Source: Vicugna vicugna
Lineage: Eukaryota
Assembly: GCA_013265495.1 (NCBI GenBank)
Contig: MU057651.1
Coordinates: forward strand, 310,001-374,000
Length of the DNA stretch: 64,000 nt
Reading direction: 5' to 3'
Within the stretch, counting starts at the first letter, position 1. The number at the start of each line of letters is the position of its first letter. Both the position numbers and the translations under genes were made by a program. The notes under the pieces are model-generated. The model searched no databases and had not been told where the DNA came from. It worked only from the letters and a program-made list of their open reading frames with translations. This document shows positions 52,661-64,000 of the stretch, piece by piece.

Positions 52661-54486
52661 AGTCTTTTAAAATTGTTCATGTCTTTGTGTTTTTAGGAGA
52701 AAAGTATCAATCTACTTGCCTTCTGACCATAAACACAGCTAGACAACATTTATAACCACTGAGAAAGGTCTGTCTTCATGAGATTCTTCCAGTTGTGAAA
52801 CCTTTGAAATCCTTTCGTATTGCTTGGTAAGTAGCAGCTGCTCTAAAACCCCCCTCCACCCCTCTGGTTGGCCCATCTTCCCCTACCCTGCACTATACTC
52901 TGTGATCCAGCAACTAAAGAGTTAAGGCCTAGCTGAGCAAGGGGCTCCAGGGCTAAGCCATTGTTCCTGCCAATTGGTTACCGCAGGCTAATATGGGTAG
53001 TAACCTATTTTGACTCACAGCCCTGCACTAAAGATGAAGGGATACTCCGGCAGGAAGTTAACTCTGGATTTTTCAGTTGCTTGATCATGCACAACGGAGA
53101 TTTAGGACTAGCAAACATCACACAAGCCTGGTCATGGCTGATACTGTGTCTTGGTTTCTCTCTCTCTAAAATGTGAGAGGTTCCCTTTGGAATTAAGTCA
53201 GGCAGTTGGTGAGGAAAGAAACCAGTGACATCATTAATCGGATGTAAAGCTATAACAACTAGAAATAACATCCTGACCCTAGTCAAAGGGAAATTTAAGA
53301 GAGATCATTCCAGAAAGGGGACCGCAGGAGTCATTGAATGAGGTTTAAAAAACAGGGTCTGGGCTAGTGCTGGCAAGAAGAGACAGTCTCCTGCATGAAA
53401 ATAGAATGGAAAAGAGAGTAAGGCTAGATGGAGTCTCTAAGCAGCAATACCGGTATCTTAAAAGACAGAATTGTAAATGAGCATGTTCCCCTCGTCCAGG
53501 CAGAGAGAGGCGTGCTGATTGGCCTCCTCTCTGTTATTTCCCAGAGGAACTCCAAGCACGCAGTATGCATGGAGACTGAAAATAATGTCATAAAGCTAAT
53601 CATGCCCCGATGCGCACTTTGCCCCATCAATATTCAGTCTGCCTTCACATTCCCAAGGAAACACAATAAGCAAACCAGGCTCAGGCAAGATCTTTTACCT
53701 CCTTGAGCCTTGATTTTCAGCTATAAAACAAGGATAATTCTACCCACCACGCATGGTGGTTGTGAGGTTTAAATGATAAAATGCACAGATGTATTCTGTG
53801 ACCCTGCTAAATGGTAGGTCCTAGAAATTTTCAGTCTTCCTCAGTTCCTGAACATTTCTAAGTCACTGGTTATTACCAAGAATAAGAGTTTAAGCTCAGC
53901 ACAGACTTCCTACCTGACTTTTCACTGTCAGTCTTTCTAAAAGGCAGCATTAAAATTAACAAAATGTCTACCCTATAAATCCCAATCCTGGATCATGCCA
54001 CCCCATCCGCCATCTTTGCTCCTTCCCTAGGACTGCAGAGCTCTGTGGATAACCACACCAGCATGCCCATTGGTGCTTCAGGATCTACAAATTCACCTGA
54101 ATCCTCAACATGGAACCACTCTTGGATCTGTCCCTCAGCAGTCTTTCATTCTCCATACCCTTTCAACCTTTGTTAGCCTCTGCCTCACTGCCAGCCTCTC
54201 TCCATCGCAGATCATCTCTTCTCTGAGTCGCTAAGGAAGCAGATACTGCCTACAAGTTCATCTGTATCTGCACTCTACCTTTTTATCTTTGTATTCTGAT
54301 TTGGCATAAAGGGAGTCCTGCCTCCTGCCCAAACTTAATCATCTCACCTCTGCATGGATCCCATCCTTTTCACACTCGGAGGACCATGCCCCATCTGCTA
54401 TCCCTTCTCTCTCTTGTATTCAGCCATTCTCTCTGCTAGCTCCTTCTCATTAGCATTTAAAACATGTTGAAATATCTACTATCTTT

Positions 54487-55002
54487 TTTTAGATCGAGAT
54501 GCAATTGACATATAACATTCTATTAGTTTCAGGTGTACAACAAATGATTTGATATCTGTATCTATTGAAAAATGATCACCACAGTCAGTCTAGTTAACAC
54601 CCATCACAATACATAGTTATAAATTTTTGTGATAAGAACTCTTAAGATCTACTTTCTTAGCAACTTTCAAATAATATATATGACTACTGTTAATTCTAGT
54701 CACTTGCACATTACATCCCCAGGACTTACTTATTTTGTAACTGAAGTTTGTACCTTTTGACTCCCTTCACCCATTCCATAGCTACCCCTGCCTCTGGCAG
54801 ACACCAATCAATACGGAGAACACTCTGTATCTATGAGCTCAATTTGTGTGGTGTAGGTTTTTTGGTTTTTATTTTTATTTTAGATTCCACATATAAGTGA
54901 GATCATACAGTATTTGTTTTTCTCTGTCTGATTTATTTCACTTAGCGTAATGTCCTCAAGGTCCAGCCCTGAGTCATTGCAAATGACAAGATTGCCTTCT
55001 TT
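54487..55002 (-). mobile_element. L1MA9-like 3'UTR fragment inserted into LINE-2
   Basis: Perfect 12-bp TSD TCTACTATCTTT at 54475-54486 and 55003-55014; taagatctactttcttagcaactttcaa and tagattccacatataagtgagatcat motifs. Confidence 0.92.
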
Positions 55003-55527
55003 TCTACTATCTTTAAAAAAAAAAACAACTTCACAATTGACGTTTTGTTCTATTCTAGCCCCTACCTTTTCTTTTCTTTACAAATAAGCTTCGTGAAAGA
55101 AGCTATAATACATTCCTCAGACATTTTTTCTTCCTGCTCCCAATATTCCACTTTCCAAAGTCACCAATGGCTTCTTTGTGTTTGATCCAAAGGACAATTT
55201 TATTTTTTCATTTATTTGTTCATTCTTTCTCTGCCTTGTGATAAAGAAAAGGAATAGAAAAGTAGATGTTCATATGATCCTCACCTTATGAATGAGGACA
55301 GTAAGGCTTAGCAAGGTTAAGAAACTTACCCTGGGTCTAGTGGGTATCCAAGGTAACACCAGGTTGAACCTCAGTCTATCTCCTGGTTTTCCTATTCCTC
55401 AAATATTCTTATTTCTCAGTCTCTTTTGCAGATTTCTCTTCATCAATGGAGTGTCACAGACCTCAGTCCTCATACTATCTATACCCACTTCCTTAGTGAT
55501 CACTTTCAGCCTCATGACTATAAATAT

Positions 55528-56020
55528 TGTGGTGCATTAGCTAACAACATGGCCAACAATTCCTCCCACTGTTGTATGTGAACATTGTTCCTCCTTTGCA
55601 GAGGTGAAATCGAATTCTGCTTCTCCTTGGATCTGGGCTGGTCTGTGAACTTGATCTGACCCATAGAGTGGGTGAAACTGGAATGTGACAATTCTGAGTC
55701 TTGCCCTTAGGAGACCTAGCAGCTTCTGCTTTTGTGTTCTTGGAAGCCAGCTCCCATGTTTGAAACTTATGCTACATGAGTAAATGACAGGGGACCACGT
55801 GGGGAGAGAAAGGCCACATGGAGGAGAACTAAGGTGCCCCAGATGACAGTCAGCACTAAAGGCCCCAGATATGGATGTACCAGCTGCAGCTGAGCTCCCA
55901 GATAATTGCAGCGATATGAGTCATGAGAAACCCACAGAATCATGAGAAATAATAATTCATCATTTGGGGGTGTCTAAATTTGGGGGTGTCTTTAAACACA
56001 ACAAGAAATAACAAAACAAA
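55528..56020 (+). mobile_element. MaLR LTR (MLT1G/H-like) inserted into LINE-2
   Basis: tgtggt start, ttggatctgggctgg, gcagcttctgctttt, cccacagaatcatgagaaataataa. Confidence 0.7.
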
Positions 56021-56691
56021 TGCCATCAACATGCTAATGACTCCTAAATTTATATCTCCGTCTCTAACCTCTTTCCCCTGAACTTTAGATTCATGTATCT
56101 ACTATTCTCTGCATGGCTAAGAGGCATCTTACAGGTCTAACAGACTTTTTCTTTTCCTTTTTTCGGTAACAGCTTTATTGAGATATAATTCATATACCAT
56201 ACAATTCAATAAGCTTCTGAACAAGATTAAACCAGATATAGTAAATAAAGAAGCCACGTATTTTTGGTATACCTATATGTAGTATATGAATCATTTACCA
56301 TACAGAAGAGAGGACATTAACATCTTTAGTTTTAGCTAAACTATTCCAGCCCTCTTTATGGTCTCTGGGTAAACTATCAAGCCAGTGAATTGAAATAGAT
56401 GAGTTGTAAGATCTGGCTTTAGTCTTTGCTTTTTACTAGCTTTATGGGCCTGGAAAATTTACTAGCCCCTCAAAGCTTGTTTCCTTGTGTGTAAAATAGG
56501 ATCATCTACTTCCAGTGCAAATCACATAATTATGATGAGGACAAATCACATATTTAAAAACCCACATGCGAATTTATTTTGTTAATTTATAAAATATTAT
56601 ACAAATATAAGATTGTTTACAGAGATCTATTACAGCCTGAAAATGCCGATCCATTCTTCAGAATTTTTTTATTCTGTATACCTTTTATATA

Positions 56692-56710
56692 ATGATGCCC
56701 TCTGCTGTTC
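56692..56710 (-). promoter_or_regulatory. CTCF-like motif
   Basis: Minus strand reads GAACAGCAGAGGGCATCAT. Motif only. Confidence 0.45.
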
Positions 56711-57428
56711 TCTTGTATATCTTTACTTCAGACCATACAAGAGACATGGTCTAAATCATCATTCTATCCAAGACTATTAGAGTGGGAATGATACATGGAG
56801 ATCAGTTTCATTTTAAAGATGAGAGCAAAGCATGGACCTAATGGTGAAGTGCCTACAATCAGTCAAACCAGAACCAGAACCCAGGCTTCTAGGCTCCAAG
56901 TTCAGTGCTCTTTAGTCAGAATGGGTATATAGAAGTATAAAAACACTATGGAGTTTGAATTGAATGTCCAAATAGACATTATTATCTTGCCCCAATACTT
57001 TTCTTCTTCCTAATTTCATTGTCAACATTAAAAGAATTATTGGTGGCATCTATCCAGTCACCCAAGACAGAAACCTCAAAGTCAATTTTAATTCTGTCCT
57101 CTCCTTTACCTACCATGTAAAACATGTTATGTAGTTTCATTACTTCTACCTTCTAAATGTATTTCACCATTTTCCCTATTTGGACTGCCTTCATTTAAGC
57201 TTTTATCTTTTTACACTGCATTCTTTCAATAGCCTCCTAAGTGTTTTAGCACCCTACAGTTTTGCTTACCTTTCATTCATTTGTTCATTCATTCAATAAA
57301 ATTCTTGCTTAAATCCTTACAATATTCCAGGTAGTATGCTAGATATGGTGAATTAAAAGAGAGGCAGCCATAGTCTGTGCTCTCAAGGAACCCAAAATCT
57401 AGTAGAGAGAGATAAATATGTAAACAAA

Positions 57429-57931
57429 TGTGGAATTCTGGTTCCTCCAAAATATCACCAAAACAGCCCATTGCTGAAACAAAGCTGAGTTTTATTTCCA
57501 TGTAAAGTGATGTTGGGTAGGGGGTGGGCACTAGCTCAGCAGACTTAGTAGCATCTAGAAGTGGTGAGGGAAAGTCAGGATATTTATGAGATTGTGAACT
57601 CTTGTTTAAAGTGAGTCTTTCAGTGGGAAGGGGACTTGGTTATGACTGGGTAAGGATCATAATACAATAGTTTAAGTTGGGTGGACCTAGCAGGTGAGGA
57701 TTTTGAGGAGAAGGATTCAAAGAGTCTTGGGGTGTAAACTATTGGTTGATGATTTCTGTTGTGGTTTTCTGGGTGAGTTCCTGGAATGTACAGTAAAGCT
57801 TATTTGCAACTTTCATCTTTTTAGGCAAGAATTTCCTGAAATAGTAGAGTTACGTTGATGAAGACACTAGAATAGTAAAGGCATGTGATGTAGACAGTAA
57901 ACTGTGTGGTGGTGGGTGATTTCACTTCTCA
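57429..57931 (-). mobile_element. Old ERV/ERVL-type LTR inside an L2 3' end
   Basis: TG...CA ends, minus-strand AATAAA near 57491; interrupts L2 sequence. Confidence 0.45.
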
Positions 57932-58059
57932 TAAAGAAGTACAACAAAGCATTATAGACATATGTATGGGATGCTGAGGGAGCATGGAGGAAGGAGTGCT
58001 CAATGATCCCTGGAGTCAGAGTAGAGAGGAATCAGAGAGGTTTTACAGACTTTATCTCT

Positions 58060-60820
58060 TAAATGGTGACTAATATTCTATTGATGGATATACCACACTT
58101 TTTAATCCATTCATCAGTTGATAGACATTTGAGTTGTTTCCACTTTTTGGCTATCACGAATAATGCTGCTAGTAACATTCATGTTCACATTGTTTTGGTG
58201 AATGTATATTTTCATTTATCCTGGGTATATACCTAAAAGTGAAATTTTAAGGTCCTGTGGTAACCCTATGTTTAACTTTTTGAGGAACTACTGAATTGTT
58301 TTCCAAAGAGTGGCATCATTTTTTATTTCTACCAGCAATGTATAAGTGTTCAACTTTCTCCTTATTCTTGCCAACACTAGATATTTTCCATGCTTTTTAA
58401 AAAATTCTAGCCATCTTAGTGGTATTAATGGGTATCTCATTGTAGTTTTGTATTTCCCTAGTAACTAGTGATGTTGAACATCTTTTCATGTGCTTCTTGG
58501 CCGTTTTTATGTCTTCTTTAGAGAAATGTTTCAACTCCTTTGGCCATTGTGTTTTTAATTGGATTATCTGTCTTTTAATTGTTGAGTTGTAAAAGTTAAT
58601 TACTCTGGATGCAAGTTTCTGATTTGAAGATATTTTTTCCCCTCATATTGTGGGCTGTCTTTTCATTTTCTTATGGTATCTTCTGAAGCACAAAAGTTTT
58701 TTTTTTACTGAGGTGAAAGTCACATAACATAAAATTAACCATTTTAAAGTGAACACAATTCAATGACATTTAGTGCATTTAAAGTGTTGTGCAACCACCA
58801 CCTTTATCTAGTTCCAAAACATTTTCATCACCCCCCCACCAAAGCCCCTGTACCTATTAAGCAGTTGTTCCCCATTTCTCATTCCTCCTAGCCACTGGCA
58901 ACCACCAATCTATGTTCTGTCTCTATGGATTTACCTGTTCTTACTATCTCATATAAATGGAATCATGCAACATGTGACCTCTTTTGTCTGGCTTCTTTCA
59001 CTTACTACAATCTGTTCGAGGTTCTTTCACATTGTAGCATGTATCAGCACTTCATTCCTTCAGATGGCTGAATAAATTGGTAGTGTGAGCCCTCCAACTT
59101 TATTCTAATTTTTCAAGATTATTTTGGCTATTTGGGGCCCCTTACAATTTCATATTAATTTGAAGATTTGCCTTTCCATTTCTACAAAAAGGCCACTGGA
59201 ATTTTGTTAGGGATTGCATTGGATCTGCAGATTTTTTTCAGGTAGTATTGCCATCTTATCGATATTAAGTCTCCTAATCCATGAAAACGAGGTATCTTTC
59301 GATTTTGTCAGATCTTCTTCAGTATCTTCCAGCAATGTTTTGTAGTTTTCAGTATACAAGTCTTTTACGTCCTTGGTTATTCCTAAGTATTTTTTTCTTT
59401 TGGACGTTATTATAAATAGAATTGTTTTCCTTAACTTCATTTTTAGATTTTTCATTGCTGGTGTGTAGAAACTCAACCAATTTTTTGTTTATTGTTTTTT
59501 TTTAACTCTGTAATTTTGGTGAATATGTTTATTACCTCTAGTAGTCTGTGTGTGTGAGTCTGTGTGATTCTTTTGAATGTTATAAATATATAAAACATGA
59601 TATATATTAATGTCATCTGCAGTAGAGATACTTTTACTTTTTTCTTTCCAATATGGAGGCCTTTTATTTCTTTTATTGATCTGACTAGAACTTCTAGTAT
59701 ATTCAACATTTTAAGTAGCATTAGTGAAAACAGTTATCCTTGTACTGTTTCTGATCTTAGGGGAATATTTTCAGTCTTTCATTATTGAATATAGTACTAG
59801 CTGTGGGTTTTTCATCAATGCTCATTATCATCTAAGGAAGTTCCCTTCTATCCTTATTTTGTTGAAAGTTTTTATCAAGAAAAGGTTGTTGGATTCCATC
59901 AATTACTTTTTCTGCCTTAATTAAAATCATGTGGTTTTATTTTGCTCTTCTATTAATGTGATGTATTACATTGATAATTTTTTCTTCTGTAAACCATCTT
60001 GCATTCCTGGGATAAATTTCACTTATTCTGGTCCTTTTAATATGCTGATAGATTTGGTTTCCACATATCTTGTTGAGATTGTTTGAATCTATATTCATAT
60101 GGCATATTTGTCTGTAGTTTTCTCATGATGCTTTTGTGTGGCTTTGATATCAGAGAAGAACCATCCTCATAGAATGAATTAGGAAGTGTTCCTCCTTTTC
60201 TATTTTTTGGAAGCATTTGGGAAGGATTGGTGTTCATTCTATTTTAACTATTTGGTAGAATTCACCAATGAAGCCATCTGGTCCTGGACTTTTCTTTGTT
60301 GGTTTTTTAAATTACTGATTTAATCTTTCTAATTGTTATAGATTTGTACAGATTTTCCATTTATTATTGAGTCAGTTTTGGTAATTTGACTCTGGAAATG
60401 TTTCTATTTTATCTAAGTTATCTAATTTGTTGGCATATAAAAGTTTTAAATTTTAAGTCCAATTTTTCTTCATTTTCTTTTTTTCAATAAGCAAAATAAT
60501 AACAACAATAATAATAAAAGTTAGTTCTTAGCTTGACTGTCCTAGACCAGAATCTTACCCTCTTGTTCCGACAGTGGGTGCTGGGGGAGAGAGTCTTCAT
60601 TTTCTTTTGTCACTTATGCTTTCCTCATCATATCTATAAACCACTGCCTAACTCAAGGTAATGAAGATGGACTCCTATGTTTTCTTCTAAGGCTTTTGTA
60701 GTTTTAGCTTCTACATTTAGGTCTATGATCCATTTTGAGTTAATTTTCATCTATAGTGTGAGATAAAGGTTGAGGTTTATTTTCTTCTGCACATGGATAT
60801 CCAGTTGGTCCTGCACTGTA
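58060..60820 (-). mobile_element. Nested L1 stack: an older L1 interrupted by a second L1 (~58700-60440) and by a 112-bp insert
   Basis: ORF2-like translations ([33 protein letters not shown]). The host L1 breaks at gcacaaaagtttt (~58688-58700) and resumes at ataaaagtttt (~60437-60447). Confidence 0.85.
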
Positions 60821-61269
60821 TTTGAAACCAGTAGGATTTGGACACCCATCAGCCATGTATCCATAAGTCCCCAAACTTGATGTAGAATTTAGCATCAGGA
60901 TGAGGGTACTGCAGGGAGTTTTATTTTGTGTCAGGTTGAAGGAGCAGGGAGTACAGCGTTCTGAGAAAGACATTACTCGCTGGGCAATTCAGAATAAGGT
61001 AGGACATATTAACCTGTCTCTCAGGCCTAGCCCTAAATGAAAGTGAAGAAGGCGGGCATTTGTCTTCATGGCAGGCAGAGTGCGCATGAAGCTCTCCAGC
61101 TGCCTGACACTTGCCTAACATGCAACCCATGGGCTGAGTTGAAAGTTTAGCTGCTCATGGCCCCAAGCCCAAATCTTTTTCTTCTTTCCCTTCTCATTCT
61201 CTCAAGATGCTCCTCTCTGTTTCCCAAAGTGGCTGAAAGTAACCTGAGAGATCAAGTAAGATGCTGTTG

Positions 61270-61314
61270 GTGGTGATAGTAGTAGTGGCAGTAGTAGTAG
61301 CAGCAGCAGCAGCA
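61270..61314. repeat. (TAG)n(CAG)n trinucleotide repeat
   Basis: Seen directly in the sequence. Confidence 0.85.
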
Positions 61315-61864
61315 AATAATAAGAACACATGGGGAGAAATCAAGAATGGGCTTGGTAGGAGGTGAGGAGGAGGGAGGAATAGGGAAACTAGAAAGTAGCT
61401 AGGAATGAGCATGAAGGGCATCCAGAAACCCAGCAGTGAGGCTTTAGCATTTGCAGAGAGGAGGGTGGAAGAACTTCAGTAGTGCAACAGCTGGCTACGA
61501 CAGCATTCAAGTTGGAGAAAAGTCGGAGGGGTGGGGAAAAGAAGAGAGAACACTCAGATACTTTAATAGAAAGGAAACAAACAAAAAGGAAACTTCCATT
61601 TCCCTGTAGAGGAAATTCAAGAATTATGAACATAGATGAGAAACGTTGCTCACACTGTCTTGGTGCCTAATCTCTCTCTCTTAGGCCCGCTAGAAGACCA
61701 AAGCCACTCTGATACTCTTGGTACAGTGTAAAGGCTGAAATATGTGTGACTTCCCCCTGCCCGGAGAACATGTGTAGGTTATTAGGAACTGTGACAGACC
61801 TGTGGAGAAGATAATTGGAAAAAGAGGATGAATTTCAATTGCATTATTGAAAATGCACTCTGGG

Positions 61865-62115
61865 GGGCAGTGTGGTAGAGTTTAACAATTAACAAGCTTT
61901 TTAGCCAGACGGATGTGCATCTCAATCTTGGCTCTGCCGCTTTACTACATTGTGTGCCTTTGGACAAGTTAACTTCTCTGAGTCTTAATTTTTCTCTCTC
62001 CAAAATGCAGATTATAGGTACCTCCTAGGGTTTTTTTTTTTAGTGAGAATTAAATGAGAGAATGTCAGCAAAGCACCTAGCACAATGTCTGGTACATGAA
62101 CTAGGTGCTCAGTAT
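61865..62115 (+). mobile_element. MIR SINE
   Basis: ggcagtgtggtagag...ttggacaagttaacttctctgagtct...gcacaatgtctggtacat. Confidence 0.8.
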
Positions 62116-62659
62116 AGGACAGGTCCTTCCCCCATCTCTTATCACTGCATTCTAGGCACAAACTGGAACTATCTCCTGTTGTGAAAGGATTTGACCCAAT
62201 AATTCTACTTCTGATATTTTATTACAAGGAACCCCCCCAACCCCGAAGAACAGAAACCATCTTGTGGTCAAGGATGTTAACAGTAAAAAACAAACAAACA
62301 AACAAAAGACCAAAGTAAAGCAAAGCAAACAAACAAAAAAACTCAAATGTCTAACAGTGAGAGAATGCTATTTATTAAAAATGATATTCATGAAGACTTC
62401 TAATAAAATAGTGAAGTGTTTCCATTATAGTATTACGGTAATAAAATTTATATATATGGTTCTATATACAACTATATTAAATATGTTAAAATATTTATAG
62501 AAACAATACTGAAATGAAATATACCAAAATATTAATGATGGTTGCCTGTGGGTGGAGAATTATGAGTAACTTTAAAAAAAATTTCTACCATGCACATAAT
62601 GACTTTTATACTACCAAAATAAAATTTAGTTTAATTACAGAGTAATTTTTAAAAAAACT

Positions 62660-63065
62660 TCTTGGAGAATACTACACAACAAGAATGCTCTACAACTACA
62701 CGCTACAATATAGATGAATTTCACGAGCATAATGTTGAGCAAAGGAAGCCAGTTGCAAAAGAGTACATAGTGCATACTTCAACTTTTAGAAAGTGAAAAA
62801 TCAAGCAAAACAAATCTGTGCTATCAGTAATCAGGATAGTGGTGACCCTTAGAGGGAGAGCAGATAATAACCTAGGCATCTGGCTCCTTTTGCTCAATAT
62901 TACATGTGTGAAATTCATTGTGTATGGAGGAGATGGGTAGTAACTGGAAGGGGCACAAGGGAGCTTCTGGGATCCGGTAATGTTCTCTTTCATCATCTGT
63001 GTGCTAGGTGTGCTCACTTTGTCAAAATTTATCACCCTAATGAATAGTGTTATACTTTAATAGAA
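62660..63065 (+). mobile_element. L1ME-type 3'UTR fragment
   Basis: gatgaatttcacgagcataatgttgagc...ggggcacaagggagcttctggg...tatactttaat. Confidence 0.75.
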
Positions 63066-63093
63066 AATACAAAATAGAATGGATGGGTGGATG

Positions 63094-63102
63094 GATAGAT
63101 AA

Positions 63103-63151
<49 letters not shown>

Positions 63152-63175
63152 CAGACAGATAGATAGAAAGATAGA
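63094..63175. repeat. (GATA)n tetranucleotide microsatellite
   Basis: Seen directly in the sequence. Confidence 0.95.
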
Positions 63176-63260
63176 CAATGTACTGAGTGAATGCAAATTA
63201 TCATCGGTGCCCTCCCTATCTGAAGGAGTCATCTTTAAGAACAAAAAGAAAAGCTTGATT

Positions 63261-63279
63261 TGGCCACAAGATGGCGGCA
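63261..63279 (+). promoter_or_regulatory. CTCF motif overlapping a YY1 core
   Basis: TGGCCACAAGATGGCGGCA fits CCASYAGRKGGCRS apart from one position; AAGATGGCGGC is the YY1 consensus. Motif only. Confidence 0.6.
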
Positions 63280-64000
63280 TTAGTTGCTTGGAAATCAAAT
63301 TCCAAGATGCTCTTTAGCATATTTTTAAGAGCCAAATATTTGGTGTATTGTCTTAGAAGAAGAGAACTTAGAGATTCTACAGTCCAACTTTCTCTGATTT
63401 TCCACGTGAAAGAAATAGAGCCGTATCAGGACGATTTGTCCAAGATCACAGTGCTGGTTAGAACAAGACCTAGATTGAAAACCCAGGTGCCTGGGCTATC
63501 AGCTTGCTTTGCCACACTAGAAATGCATAGTTTCAGCTGTGATTCCTTCCTACTATGCTCTGGAATAAGATGTTTGTCAAGAAGTGCCTCTCCTTTTATG
63601 ACTCCAGAAAATAGAAGTTTCAAATGGAATGAAAAATTCACAACTAGAATTGGCAGTATTGAAAGGCTGCAGTGTGAAATTTCCTTATATGGTTATTTTA
63701 AAACATCATATGGCCAAGTCTGCCTGAGCTGTCTTAGGTTTCTACTTCTTTAAATGTGAAGGATAGACCAGACACCCTCTCTGTTTTTTCTTTCTTCTCT
63801 ACCTCTCTTTGTTTCTTTATTTTCCCTCCCTCCTTCTCTCCCTTCCTTCCTTCCTTTCTCTTATCTGTGTTTGAAACAGAAGAGCCACCAATGCGTCTCA
63901 GAACCCAAAACTCAAAATCAAATGCAATGGCTTTCTTGAACAGACCAGACCTCGGCTCTGTGTCAAGATTCATTTGTCATTGTTGAAAAGGACTTGCAAG

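Noticed and set aside
61270..61314. CAG repeat as a possible polyQ/polyA coding tract
   Set aside because: Adjacent TAG repeats, no exon context and no recognisable protein.
63271..63753. 160-aa plus-strand ORF starting ATGGCGGCA
   Set aside because: Runs through a MIR-like fragment, shows no recognisable protein similarity, and its ATGGCG is better explained as part of the CTCF/YY1 motif.

Overview
Mammalian genomic DNA, not prokaryotic. It is very likely camelid, because it carries a tRNA-Ala-derived vic-1-type SINE with a perfect 14-bp target-site duplication (TSD) at 31211-31338. The one credible protein-coding gene is SERTM2 on the minus strand, a 90-aa single-pass membrane micropeptide (CDS 3551->3279; the ORF-track start at 3554 is a GTG). 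SERTM2 is X-linked in human and mouse, near DCX and ALG13 (from recall). A three-exon structure can be read from the sequence: TATA box at 11050-11055, exon 1 ~11022-10900, exon 2 10744-10648, and exon 3 from 4339 through the CDS and a 3'UTR of about 3 kb. The other ~53 kb is upstream intergenic DNA dominated by L1, HAL1, L2, MIR, MaLR/ERV LTRs, hAT MITEs and microsatellites, with a few repeat-free candidate regulatory blocks. All other ORF-track entries look spurious or are decayed L1 fragments. I found no convincing new multi-gene system. The best leads are regulatory: clustered miR-9/miR-218 sites in the 3'UTR, a long uAUG- and polyA-signal-laden leader, a mirror-image pair of TATA boxes with a plus-strand splice donor suggesting an overlapping antisense transcript, and an orphan 112-bp retro-insertion with a perfect 15-bp TSD. 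Repeat family names come from remembered consensus sequences, and boundaries without TSDs are approximate.
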